DNA of 64,000 bases from an uncultured Holophagales bacterium (GTDB lineage Bacteria > Acidobacteriota > Thermoanaerobaculia > Multivoradales > UBA5704), in the NCBI GenBank assembly GCA_963842525.1, contig CAWJGT010000009.1, positions 320,001 through 384,000 of the forward strand, in the 5' to 3' direction. The notes below the pieces were generated by a model. That model ran no database searches. It worked only from the letters and a program-made list of their open reading frames with translations, and was not told where the DNA came from. The position numbers and the translations under genes were made by a program. Of this stretch, positions 19,689-31,510 are shown piece by piece (the stretch's first letter is position 1; every line of letters starts with the position of its first letter).

Positions 19689-20903
19689 CTACAGCCGCTC
19701 CTGCAGGTCTCCCCCGATGCACTCGACGCCGTCTTTCGTCCAGGTGAGCCACCAGAGAGTGCGGCCGGGTAGGGTGGGCATGCGGCCCTCCCGGCCGTCC
19801 AGCCTGGCGATGACCTCGGCGTCGGTGACCTCCACGTCGGGGGCAGGCGCGCCGACCTTGGTGAAAGGGACGACCCGGAGCGTGCTGTAGAAGCCTTCGT
19901 TGAGGATGCTGGCAGCCGTGTGTCCGGGCTTGTTGCCGTTGCACATGACGCGGTGGATCATCATACGGCCCTTGTCCGTGGCCACCAGATCGTCGTGGTA
20001 GGCATGGAAGAGGGGAATGGGCTGGCGGCCGTTGCGGAAATAGGTCAGCGCCTCCTTGGCGGCGTCGAGGTCGCCCCGCACCACGCCGCGCAGCACTTCG
20101 CGCTCGGCAGGCTGCAGACCGAACGGCGCCGCCGGGGCCGGGCTTTCATAGGGGACCGCCGGCCGCGTGTCGCGGGCTCCACGGCGGAGGACCAGCCCCA
20201 GCAGCGAGAGGGCGTTGTAATCCGGTTCGAAGTCGGCCGTCCGGACCCTGAGACCACCGACGGTGAGGAGGCCATTTCTCGGCGGGCCCTCGGGGATGGA
20301 GGGGGTCCGGTTATATCGGTTGGGCTTGGGATAGCGCCGCTTCCAGTCCAGGGCCCAGGCGAGCATCTGGGGGAGCAGCTTCTGGCCGATCATGTTCGGG
20401 TTCCAGCGCTCACCCGCCACGGCCGGCGTCAGCCCCTGGGGGTAGTAGGAGGTGACCGGGTCGACCCTCTGTTCGCCTCCCTCGATGAAGGCCTTGCCGC
20501 CGGTGATGGGGGACGGCACGGCGAGAAAGGCCAGCCAGGTCCAGGTGGCCCGCAGGCAGACGTCGATTCGATGGACGATCCGCCAGTTTTGCGCCCGTCC
20601 TGCGTCCTGACGCGCCTTCATCCAGGCGGCGATCTGGGATGGCGTGTAGAGCTCCGAGCCGAATTCATTGCCCCACAGCCCCTCGCTCAACCAAACCTGG
20701 GCGAGCTCGCCGAAGAACTGGAAATTGCCGAAGGCGGCCTCGACCGAAGGCCGGAAGTTCTGGGAGCCCCCGAACGTGTTCCATGCGGTGAGCGAGGACG
20801 GGACGATACATCTCTCGAAAGGCCAGCGTCTCGGATCGCGGCCGACGAGCGAGTCGACCATCATGAAGTCGCCAAAGTCCCGGCATTCGAGCACCGTGGC
20901 CAT
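19689..20903 (-). CDS. Hypothetical protein
   Basis: 404-aa ORF with normal composition and RBS GGGAGG; family not recognised. Confidence 0.7.
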   Translation of the reverse strand: MATVLECRDFGDFMMVDSLVGRDPRRWPFERCIVPSSLTAWNTFGGSQNFRPSVEAAFGNFQFFGELAQVWLSEGLWGNEFGSELYTPSQIAAWMKARQDAGRAQNWRIVHRIDVCLRATWTWLAFLAVPSPITGGKAFIEGGEQRVDPVTSYYPQGLTPAVAGERWNPNMIGQKLLPQMLAWALDWKRRYPKPNRYNRTPSIPEGPPRNGLLTVGGLRVRTADFEPDYNALSLLGLVLRRGARDTRPAVPYESPAPAAPFGLQPAEREVLRGVVRGDLDAAKEALTYFRNGRQPIPLFHAYHDDLVATDKGRMMIHRVMCNGNKPGHTAASILNEGFYSTLRVVPFTKVGAPAPDVEVTDAEVIARLDGREGRMPTLPGRTLWWLTWTKDGVECIGGDLQERL

Positions 20904-20986
20904 GTGCCCCCTCCCTTTCTTCGGTAATCTTCAAAGTATACAGGAAACGGGCAGGAGCTGCTCCCGTGCGGTACCATCCGGCCGCC

Positions 20987-21916
20987 ATGAGCGAGCCGAC
21001 GCTAGCCAAGGGGCCTCCGACGTGACTATCTATACCGACGGCGGGGCCGATCCCAACCCGGGCATGCGGCGGATGGGCCGCCATCCTGATCGACGATGTC
21101 TCCGAGCGGGCGAAGGAGCTGAGCGGCGGCGAGCCCCTCAGCACCAACAACCGGATGGAGCTGACCGCCGCGATCCGCGCCCTGGAGACGCTCCTGCAGC
21201 CGTGCCGGGTGCGGATGTTCACCGACTCCCAGTACCTCAAGAAGGGGATCACCCAGTGGCTGCCCGGCTGGATCGCCCGCGGCTGGAAGCGCAAGGACGG
21301 GGAGCTCCAGAACGAGGACCTCTGGCGCCGCCTCGCGGAGCTGGTCCGGGAGCACGAGATCCACTGGGGATGGGTGCGGGGGCACGCCGGCAACCGCTGG
21401 AACGAGCGGGCGGACCAGCTCGCCACCCAGGAGATCCGCAAGCTCAAAGCGGCGCGGAGCAGCGCGAAGGGAGCCGCGGCAGGTCCCCAACCCGCGGCCC
21501 GGGTCTTCCTGCGCGTCTCCTGCTCGCGGGGACAGGGAGGGTGGGCGGCCCTGATCCGCCAGAATGGGCAGGAGACGGCACTCTCGGGCGCGGCGGCTTC
21601 CGGGATCACGCCCAACCGGCTCGACCTGATCGCGGCCACCGAAGCGCTCGAACGCGTCCCGCCGGGCACCCACGTCGCGATCTACACAGGGTCGGATTAC
21701 CTGCGCAACGGTTCCACTCGCTGGCTCCCCGCCTGGAAGCGGCGCGGCTGGAAGACGCAGGAAGGCGCGCCCGTCTCCAACCGCGATCTCTGGGAGCGCC
21801 TGGATGCGGCGATGGCCACCCGCAACGTCGAGTGGCCGTCGGTCCAGGGAGAGGAGATGCCGGAGCTGGTGGCTCTCGGGATTACCGCGAAAGAGGCGCG
21901 GGAGGGGAAGATCTAG
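20987..21916 (+). CDS. rnhA: Ribonuclease HI with a second, degenerate RNase H domain (frameshifts near 21005 and 21065)
   Basis: IYTDGGADPNPG, TNNRMELTAAI, TDSQYL, WVRGHAGNRWNERAD; second repeat NRLDLIAATEAL...NRDLWERL. Confidence 0.88.
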
Positions 21917-22188
21917 GCCTCACCCCCTGTCCCCCTCTCCCATCGCCCTTCCACCTCTCGGGAGAGGGGCGCCAGCTGCATGGCCATGGCGGTCTCCCTC
22001 AGGCGTTCTCGAGGATGCGGACGACCGCGGCGGGCTTCAAGGGGAGCCGCCTGCCCCGCCCAGGGTTTACACCCTGGGCTACCGAATGGCGCCCTCCGGG
22101 CTCGGAGTGCCCGGAATTCAAGAGCCCGGAGGGCGGAACTGGGTAGCCCCGGGTGTCAACCCGGGGCGATGGGAGGGAGGGTGAGGCC
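21917..22188. repeat. Composite REP-like region: cctcaccccc...gggagagggg element plus an inverted REP doublet (22059-22166)
   Basis: cccagggtttacaccctgggctacc...cgccctccgggct / agcccggagggcg...ggtagccccgggtgtcaacccgggg; the left part matches 24876-24905. Confidence 0.75.
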
Positions 22189-22697
22189 TACTCGGCCTTC
22201 TTGAAGTCAAGCGACACCGAGTTCATGCAGTACCGCAAACCGGTCGGCTTGGGGCCGTCGGGGAAGACGTGGCCGAGGTGGGCGCCGCAGCGGGCGCAGA
22301 GGACCTCGGTGCGTGTCATGAAGAGCGAGCGGTCGCTTTCCTCCTCGACGTTTGCCGGGTCGATCGGCTGGAAGAAGCTCGGCCAGCCCGTGCCGGACTC
22401 GAATTTGGTGTCCGAGCTGAAGAGCGGCAGGCCGCAGGCGGCGCAGACGTAGACGCCCTTCTCGTGGTTGTGAAGGAGCTTGCCCGTCCCGGCGCGCTCC
22501 GTGCCCTTCTGGCGCATCACGTAGAACTGCTCGGGAGTGAGGACCTTCTTCCACTCCTCGTCGGTCTTGTTGATCTTCTCGATCTGGGTGTTCTGGCTCA
22601 CCTTCGTTCCTTTCGGAGCGGCCGGCGCCGCCTCGCTCCCCTGGCAGGACGCCAGGAGCCCGAGGGCCAGCGCCGCGATCCAGGCTTTCGGTTGCAT
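22188..22697 (-). CDS. msrB: Peptide-methionine (R)-S-oxide reductase with an export signal
   Basis: [36 protein letters not shown]. Confidence 0.96.
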   Translation of the reverse strand: MQPKAWIAALALGLLASCQGSEAAPAAPKGTKVSQNTQIEKINKTDEEWKKVLTPEQFYVMRQKGTERAGTGKLLHNHEKGVYVCAACGLPLFSSDTKFESGTGWPSFFQPIDPANVEEESDRSLFMTRTEVLCARCGAHLGHVFPDGPKPTGLRYCMNSVSLDFKKAE

Positions 22698-22739
22698 CGT
22701 TGTTTACCCCCTTCGTGGTTCGGACCGGATCAAACCGGA

Positions 22740-24777
22740 TCAGATTTCCACGCCATTCTTCTTCAACAGCGCGAGGAACCCTTCTTCATCCAGGATCTCG
22801 ACACCCAGCTTGCGGGCGTCGTCGGCCTTGGAGCCGGGGTCCTCGCCGACCACCACGTAATCGGTCGCCTTGCTGACCGATCCGGTGGCGCGGGCTCCCA
22901 GGCTTTCGATCTTCTCCTGGGCGTCGCGGCGGGAGAGGCGGGCGAGGCCGCCGGTGAAGACGAACTTTTTGCCCGCCAGCGGTTGTACGTCCGCCGCAAC
23001 GGCGACGGACTTGGGGGTCTCGGCGACCTGGAGCCTCTTGAGCAGCTCGTCGAGCAGAGTGGCGTTCTTGGGGTCGCGGAAGAACTCGGTGATCGGCCTC
23101 GGCCATGCGCGGGCCGACCCCCGAGACCTCCTGGAGGACGGCCTCATCGGCGTGGCGCAGGGCGTCGAGGGTGCCGAAGTGCCGCGCCAGGTCGCGTGCC
23201 ACGGTCACCCCCACCTCAGGGATGCCCAGGCCGTAGAGCAGGCGCGGCAGCTCGGCCCGGGCGGCCGCCTTGGCGAGGTTTTCGACCAGCTTGTTTGCCG
23301 ACTTGTCGGCGAAGCCTTCGAGGCTGACGAGCTGCTCGGCCCGCAGGTCGAAGACATCCTGGAGATGCTTGACCAGCCCTTCGGAGACGAACAGCTTGGC
23401 GCTCTCGTCCCCCAGCCCTTCGATGTCCAGGGCGTTGCGCGAGGCGAGGTGGACGATGCGGCCGGCGAGCTGGGCCGGGCATTCGAAGCTGTTCGGGCAG
23501 ACGGTGAAGGGGCCGCGCTCGACCAGCGCCGTGCCGCAGGAGGGACAAAGGTCCGGCATCTTCCAGACGGGCCCGCGCTCGCGGTCGGGCTCCTCGATGC
23601 GCTCGATCACCTGGGGGATCACGTCGCCGGCCCGCTGCACGCGTACCCGGTCGCCTTCGCGGACGTCCTTGCGCGCCACCTCCTCGCGGTTGTGGAGCGT
23701 CGCGCGGGCCACGGTCACGCCGCCGATCTCGACCGGCAGCATGAGGGCCACCGGGGTCACCACGCCGCTCCGGCCGACGCTCGGCAGGATCGAGAGGAGG
23801 CGGGTCACCTCCTTGCGCGGCGGGAACTTGAAGGCGAAGGCCCAGCGCGGGTGACGGGAGGTCCAGCCGAGCGACTCGCGGGCGGCGAGGTCGTTGAGCT
23901 TGATGACGATGCCGTCGATCTCGTAGCCGAGGTCGTCGCGCTGGTCCTCCAGGCCGCGGTGATACTCCAGGATGTCGTCGACCGTGCGGGCGCGCTGCAC
24001 CAGGTCGTTGACCCGCATCCCCCAATCGCGGAGGGACTGGAGGACGTCCGACTGGGTCTCCACCTGGAGGCCTTCGGAGGCGAGGACGTCATAGGCGTAG
24101 AGGTCCAGGGGCCGCGCGGCGGTCATCTGCGGATCGAGCTGGCGCAGCGCTCCGGCCGCGGCGTTGCGCGGGTTGGAGAACGGCTCCTTGCCCTGGGCCA
24201 GCAGCCCCTCGTTGAGCTTGTCGAACTGCTCGGAGTGCATGATGACCTCGCCGCGGAGGGCGAGGAAGGGAGGGACCGGCCGCTCGCCGTCTCGGAGACG
24301 GAGAGGGACGCTGGCGATGGTGCGGATATTGGCGGTGATCCCCTCGCCGCGCCGGCCGTCGCCGCGCGTCGAGGCGTGAAGGAGGGCGCCGTCGCGGTAG
24401 ACCAGCTCGACGGAGGCGCCGTCCAGCTTGGGCTCGAGCATGTATTCGACCGGAAAGCCGGCGCCGAGCCCCTTGCGCAGCCGCTCGTCGAAGCGGCGCA
24501 GGGCGTCGACCGACGCGTCGGATTCGAGCGAGAGCATGGGGGCCGCGTGCTCGATGGTGGCGAAGCTGGTCAGCGGCTGGCCGGCGACCCGCTGGGTGGG
24601 GGAGTCCTCGGTGACCAGGTCCGGGAACTGCTCCTCCAGGGAGACCAGCTCGCGGTAGAGCTTGTCGTAGGCCTCGTCGGAGACCTCCGGCTTGTCCTTG
24701 ACGTAGTAGAGGTAGTCGTGGTGGCGGATCTCGGCGCGCAGCCGGGCGATCCGCTCCTGGGCCTTGTCGCGGCTCAT
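22740..24777 (-). CDS. ligA: NAD-dependent DNA ligase (frameshift near 23095)
   Basis: EPKLDG, STRGDG, NPRNAAAG, ATLHN, Zn finger, BRCT SVSKATDYVVVG. Confidence 0.97.
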
Positions 24778-24875
24778 CGCGTCCTCGCGTTCGGAACGGC
24801 CCTGTTCCCCGGGCCGGGCTTTTGCAGCGATGGATGCTACCAGACGGGGCGCCCTGGTGTTGCCGTCCTGGCGAC

Positions 24876-25020
24876 CCCTCACCCCCTGTCCCCCCTCTCC
24901 CATCCGCACTCCCGTCCCCCGGGAAAGGGGGGAAGAGAGAAGGAGAGGCCTTGTGGAGGAGTTTTTCTCCCCTCTCCCGGTGGTTGGGAGTGCGGATGGG
25001 AGAGGGGCCGGGGGTGAGGG
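24876..25020. repeat. Palindromic intergenic repeat (ccctcaccccc...gggggtgaggg)
   Basis: Long inverted repeat ccctcacccc...cctctcccatccgcactccc / gggagtgcggatgggagagggg...ggggtgaggg. Confidence 0.85.
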
Positions 25021-25062
25021 CTCCGCGGCGCCTGATAGGCTGAGTGGAAGGATAGCGAACCG

Positions 25063-26037
25063 ATGACCTCACTCTGGACCAAGGCGGGCCTCACCTGGAA
25101 GGAGCTGGGGATGCTCCTGTGGCGCCAGATCTGGGAGGACGAGGTATTGGCGCGGTGCGCGGAGCTGGCCTACTTCTTCCTCTTCTCGGTCTTCCCCCTG
25201 CTGCTCTTCCTTACGACGCTGCTGGGCTATCTGGCCGGGGCGAGCGCCGACCTGCGCTGGAACCTCTTCTGGTACCTCAAGCAGCTCTCCCCGAGCGACG
25301 AGGTCTCGGCGCTGCTCACCAACACCTTGAACGAGATCACCATCTCGCGCAGCGGCTTCAAGCTCTACGCAAGCCTGTTCGTCGCGGTCTGGATGGCCTC
25401 CAATGCGATGCTCGCGGCCGGCCGGACCCTCAACCACGCCTGCGGGCTCAAGGAGACCCGCCGGTGGTGGAGGCGGCGCATCATCGCCATCCTGCTGACG
25501 GTCAGCTTTGCCGCACTGGTCATCTGCGCCCTGGTCCTGATCCTCTACGGCGGCACGATCGCCGAGCTGCTGGCGGCGTGGCTGCACATCGGCCCCTCCC
25601 TGGTGGCCGCTTGGCACCTCCTGCGCTGGCCTCTGGTCCTAGTGTTCCTGGTGATCTCCTTCGAGATGGTCTACAACTACGCGCCCAACCTGGGCGACTC
25701 GCCGAACCGGCAGTGGTGGACCCCCGGGGCGATCACCGGCGTCGCCCTCTTCCTCGCCGCCTCCTATGGGCTCCGCCTCTACCTTTTCTATTTCCACAGC
25801 TACAGCACGGCCTACGGCTCGCTGGGCGCCGTCATCGTGCTGCTCGTCTGGTTCTATCTGATCGCCTTCGCGATCCTGATGGGAGGCGAGGTGAACTCGG
25901 AGATCGGGCGCGAGATCTCCCGCCGCGAGAGGGAGCTGGCCGGCGAGCGTCCGCCGAAGGAGGGCGAGGAGGAGACGCCGGAAAAGAGGAGCCGGCGGCG
26001 GCGGCGTCTGCTGCGGGCGGCCTCTCCGCGGCCCTAG
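25063..26037 (+). CDS. YihY/BrkB-family membrane protein
   Basis: AELAYFFLFSVFP, YGSLGAVIVLLVWFYL...GGEVN. Confidence 0.92.
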   Translation: MTSLWTKAGLTWKELGMLLWRQIWEDEVLARCAELAYFFLFSVFPLLLFLTTLLGYLAGASADLRWNLFWYLKQLSPSDEVSALLTNTLNEITISRSGFKLYASLFVAVWMASNAMLAAGRTLNHACGLKETRRWWRRRIIAILLTVSFAALVICALVLILYGGTIAELLAAWLHIGPSLVAAWHLLRWPLVLVFLVISFEMVYNYAPNLGDSPNRQWWTPGAITGVALFLAASYGLRLYLFYFHSYSTAYGSLGAVIVLLVWFYLIAFAILMGGEVNSEIGREISRRERELAGERPPKEGEEETPEKRSRRRRRLLRAASPRP

Positions 26038-26987
26038 GGACCCTGGAGACCCCGCAGATCACCGAAGCGCCGGTGGAGCCGCCGGCGCCAGACCTCGCAG
26101 GCGGGCAGCTTGCCGTCGTGCGGCAGACCGAGCCCGGCCTCGCGACAGGCCGCCGCCGTCTCCGCGGCGCTCATCCCGCAGATCCGCCGGCAGGCGAGCT
26201 CCGCATGCGGGGCGGGGTTGCCGGCGCGCTCGCGCACCTCGGCGGAGAAGGCCACGCCCTGGGCGAGCTGGGGCAGCCAGGGGCCGGCCGCTTGCCGCAG
26301 CTCGTCCAGCGCCGCCGGCTCCCTCCCGCCGCCGAAGGTGCAGGCCTCGCCGAGCCCCGTCCAGAGGTCCCCCTGCCGCGATGGCGGGAAGGCGGCAATC
26401 GCCGCGAGCGTCGAGCCGAGCCCCGGATCATCGAGGAACCAGAGACGGCGCCCCACGCCGATGTCAAAGAACCACCGCGTGTCCTTCCCGAGCCGGCGGG
26501 GGAGGATCTGCCGCACGGAGGTCCGCTCCCAGTGGAAGAACGCCCGGTGGAAGCCGAAGCCGTCCAGGGCCATCCAACCGAGGAGCGGGTCGAGCCGCGT
26601 GAGCAGCCGCCGCGGCGAGGTCAACGGCCAGGCAAGGGCCCAGCCGGCGCCGACGTGGAGCATGTAGGCCTGGTCACGCCCCGGTCCTTCCAGGAAGCCG
26701 CGCAGACGGTCTCTCCGCCAGGGGGTGAGCGTGTCGAGGAGCGCGAGGCCCATCCCCACCCCCTCGGCCGCGAAGCCGCGCAGCTCGTTCTCCACGGTTC
26801 CGGACACCCGTTGCGCCAGATCCTCGGGCGAGCTCTCTTCGAGCGCGGCCTGATAGCCCGCCACGAAGGCGTCCCCGATCTGCTCCATGCGCTCGCGGAT
26901 CGAGGCGGTTCGGTACCTGCGGAGACGTTTTTTGAACGACGACTGCAGCGGAGCGATGCTCAGCAGCGCAGACCCGGCTCTTCCCAT
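26034..26987 (-). CDS. DUF1702-family protein
   Basis: RGFAAEGVGMGL, YMLHVGAGWA, DGFGFH, GVGRRLWF, DLWTGLG. Confidence 0.85.
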   Translation of the reverse strand: MGRAGSALLSIAPLQSSFKKRLRRYRTASIRERMEQIGDAFVAGYQAALEESSPEDLAQRVSGTVENELRGFAAEGVGMGLALLDTLTPWRRDRLRGFLEGPGRDQAYMLHVGAGWALAWPLTSPRRLLTRLDPLLGWMALDGFGFHRAFFHWERTSVRQILPRRLGKDTRWFFDIGVGRRLWFLDDPGLGSTLAAIAAFPPSRQGDLWTGLGEACTFGGGREPAALDELRQAAGPWLPQLAQGVAFSAEVRERAGNPAPHAELACRRICGMSAAETAAACREAGLGLPHDGKLPACEVWRRRLHRRFGDLRGLQGP

Positions 26988-27049
26988 GCCTCTCCTCCGC
27001 TTTGAGTGGGCGGAGGGATCTTGCCAGTTGTTACGGTCTCTGCCAAGGA

Positions 27050-27370
27050 TCAGGCAGGCTCTTCCAATTCCTGCTTGAGAGAGAGGAAACGCATCAGGTC
27101 CCGCGACGAGAGGATGCCGAGCAGGCGGTCGTCCGCACTCGCCAGCGGGCCGGCCGCGGCGACCACGAGCTCGGCCCGCGGGCTCGGCGGCTCGGCCGCC
27201 ATCTCGGCCACGCCGCCGAAGAGGAACAGGGTGATGCCCCGCATGGGGATGCCGTACCGCCGCGCCGTCAGGGCATGGGCCATCTCGTGCGCGACGACCG
27301 ACGCGAACAGGCCCAGGGCGCCGACCAGTCCCATGGCGAAATAGACGACCGGGGCGAGCCCGGGCCGCAT
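27050..27370 (-). pseudogene. Site-2 protease (M50)/CBS gene remnant
   Basis: HEMAH...ITLFLFGGVAEM...AAAGPLAS fused directly to the CBS tail LLGILSSRDLMRFLSLKQEL. Confidence 0.75.
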
Positions 27371-27548
27371 GACCGGGAAGACCGAGAGGGGGCGGGCGGC
27401 AGTCTGTATGCCTCAGGGACGCGGCCGAAGGGCGTCGGCGAGCGACTTTGACAGACGACGTACGCGTTGACGGGGAGCGGCCCGGCCTGGGGCCCCGGAG
27501 AGCCGCTCCCCGGCTGCGCGCTTTTCTGGCTTAGACTACCCGGCAGAC

Positions 27549-29153
<1,605 letters not shown>

Positions 29154-29291
29154 GCTCAGAGCGTTTCGCCAGCCTGGCCCTCTTCTGATTCATAGGTTTC
29201 CGAAGTCCGCGGACATCGTGCGCGGTGTTCGCGGACGTCCGTGGACATCCTCTATCGACGACGCCATCGCGGCCTTCACCCGGGGAAACGC

Positions 29292-29306
29292 TGGCACATC
29301 TCTTGC
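29292..29306 (+). promoter_or_regulatory. sigma-54 -24/-12 promoter
   Basis: TGGCAC-ATCTC-TTGC, 75 nt upstream of ATG 29381 (RBS AAGGAGG). Confidence 0.8.
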
Positions 29307-29380
29307 CAAAGCTCCTGGTGTCTCGAAAAAACCTGAGGCTTCGATCCGGAGCCTTCACCGGCAACCAAGGAGGTTGATCC

Positions 29381-30355
29381 ATGGCACAGTACGCCAATTT
29401 TCTACTGCGCGATACCTTGTGGGACACAGGCTCGCCCGACACGTACGATGCTTTGTGGGCTTCGCCCGACATCGTCCCCTGGGGGCCCAATGAAATGCCC
29501 GATGCGACAAGCACGCTGACCAGCACTCGCGGCCAGGACATCGGGGCTCAACTGAATCAGGGGGAAACCAACTACATCTATCTCCGCGGTCTGAACCTCA
29601 ACGGGACCACGCAATCCACCAACCTCTACCTCTATTGGGCGGATCCCTCGCTGCTTTCTCAGCCCTCCACGTGGACGCAGATCTCGACGGCCGCGGCTGG
29701 AAATTATCTCCCGATCACCGCCGACGGGGGCCAATTCGTCGCCGGCAACGCCGCTTTCCGCTGGGCGACGCCGACAAGTGACAACACCCACTACTGTCTC
29801 CTGGCGATGGCCTCCAACTCGGACAATCCCCTTCCCAATATCAACTCGATCAACGACTTCGTAAACTGGGTTGGCAACAATCCAGGAGTCGCCTGGCGCA
29901 ACGTCCATCTGATGGGCAGTCCCCCGCCGCCCAGTTGGCAGGGAAGCCTCCAGTTCGGAAACCTCAACGATACCCCCGGGACGTTCCTGTTTTTGGTCAC
30001 TCCGATCGGGCTCAACATGACCCCGCAAGTCTCCATGCAGTGTGCGGAAGATGGGCCAAACCCGGTCATCAATTCAACGCAAGAGAGCTTCACGACGGTG
30101 CTCCCTGCGGGTTTCCAGGGTGTCCTGGACGTCGGGGTGAGCCTGCCCGGAAATACGCCGTGGCCGGCAGGTGCCAGTGTTTGCATCAGCTATTTCCAGG
30201 TCGGCGCAGGCTCCGCCGGGGAGCAGTTCCAGAAATACGCCGCCACCCCTGCCCGCCTGCAACGAAGAGGACTTGGAAAGCAGCAGCTCGCGCGCCTGAT
30301 GGAAGCACCCGGCTATCTGATCCCCGTGGGCAGCTACACGGTGAGGAGCAGTTGA
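29381..30355 (+). CDS. Hypothetical beta-rich protein
   Basis: 324 aa, strong RBS; LRD...DTG, SPDI, NYIYLRG, HYCLLA, VAWRNV motifs; no signal peptide. Confidence 0.8.
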   Translation: MAQYANFLLRDTLWDTGSPDTYDALWASPDIVPWGPNEMPDATSTLTSTRGQDIGAQLNQGETNYIYLRGLNLNGTTQSTNLYLYWADPSLLSQPSTWTQISTAAAGNYLPITADGGQFVAGNAAFRWATPTSDNTHYCLLAMASNSDNPLPNINSINDFVNWVGNNPGVAWRNVHLMGSPPPPSWQGSLQFGNLNDTPGTFLFLVTPIGLNMTPQVSMQCAEDGPNPVINSTQESFTTVLPAGFQGVLDVGVSLPGNTPWPAGASVCISYFQVGAGSAGEQFQKYAATPARLQRRGLGKQQLARLMEAPGYLIPVGSYTVRSS

Positions 30356-30409
30356 CGAGGACAAACCTTTCGACAGCTAATTGGATTACGACAAAAAGGA
30401 GGAAACACA

Positions 30410-30901
30410 ATGGCGACCTCGTATTATTCAGGAGCAGATCCGGTTTGCGGTACACAAAACCCGGCCACGTACGACACCTCCGGCGACATGGCGCCCATGC
30501 TCGAGATCACCCACACCTATTACCAGCAGGCCACCCTGGTGGATGAGGGATCATTCCATCACGTGGTCACAGGTTCGATCACGTTGACCAACAAGGGAAC
30601 GCCGGACCTGGATGACGTCTCCATCTTGGTAAATATGGATTGCGAGGCGAACATCCATACGGCGTATCTCTGCGACGCCGACGGAAACCAGGTGAAGCCG
30701 CCGACCATCACCTTTCCGGACCTCCCTCAGGGCAGTCAGCCGCAGACGCAGGTTTACCACTGGACGCTCAAGAGGATTGAAAATTCTCAGGAGCCTGGTC
30801 CGTTCGCCGTCACGCCCAAGCTCAACCCCCGATTCACGGTTTCGTACCGCACGCTTCCGACCTATGCTCAGAGCGATACGACCACTGTGAACCTGTCCTG
30901 A
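30410..30901 (+). CDS. Hypothetical protein
   Basis: 163 aa, RBS AAGGAGG, Thr-rich, followed by a terminator. Confidence 0.8.
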   Translation: MATSYYSGADPVCGTQNPATYDTSGDMAPMLEITHTYYQQATLVDEGSFHHVVTGSITLTNKGTPDLDDVSILVNMDCEANIHTAYLCDADGNQVKPPTITFPDLPQGSQPQTQVYHWTLKRIENSQEPGPFAVTPKLNPRFTVSYRTLPTYAQSDTTTVNLS

Positions 30902-30933
30902 GGCAGCCCACGCAGGGCGTCGAGGCCTGACCC

Positions 30934-30963
30934 AGCCGCCCGCCGTTACGGCGGGCGGCTTTT
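30934..30963 (+). terminator. Intrinsic terminator
   Basis: agccgcccgccg-tta-cggcgggcggct followed by a T run. Confidence 0.8.
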
Positions 30964-31006
30964 GGGTGTAGAATCGGGCCGCACAGGTGGCCAAGGAGAA
31001 AGAGTT

Positions 31007-31510
31007 ATGGCGAGGCTCACGGAGATCTATTACATCAAATATCCCGATGAAGCAGTTGACAACCACGGGGTGCCCAAGCTGTACCGGCCCGACGGCGCGG
31101 AACGGACGGATCATGAGTTTCCCGTCACGGGCGGTAACGGGACCGTTTTCGTGTTCACCATTCCCTCGGTGGGCCCGGAGCGGACGCTACGGTTCAACAA
31201 TGCGGGCGATCCAGAGGGGACTCCACGCAAACCCGTCACCTGGACCCATTCAGCGGAGACGCCGGCGTGGATCACGCTCTACGATCCGATCGACCCGCCG
31301 TACAAAACGTTATCCATGATGGTCGACAACACGAACGGACCGGTGGAGCGGCAAGCCAGCTTCAATCTGAATCTCTACGACTCCGCGGACCGGGCTCCTT
31401 ATATCCTTTGCATCCGGAAGGAGGGTGGCGCGATGCAGCTCGATCCGACCATCGTGGAGAAGGCTCCCATATCATCTCCCGAGCCACCTCCCGGACCACC
31501 TCAGGGATGA
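31007..31510 (+). CDS. Hypothetical protein with a C-terminal DPTIV motif
   Basis: RBS AAGGAG, 167 aa ending LDPTIVEKAPISSPEPPPGPPQG. Confidence 0.7.
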   Translation: MARLTEIYYIKYPDEAVDNHGVPKLYRPDGAERTDHEFPVTGGNGTVFVFTIPSVGPERTLRFNNAGDPEGTPRKPVTWTHSAETPAWITLYDPIDPPYKTLSMMVDNTNGPVERQASFNLNLYDSADRAPYILCIRKEGGAMQLDPTIVEKAPISSPEPPPGPPQG

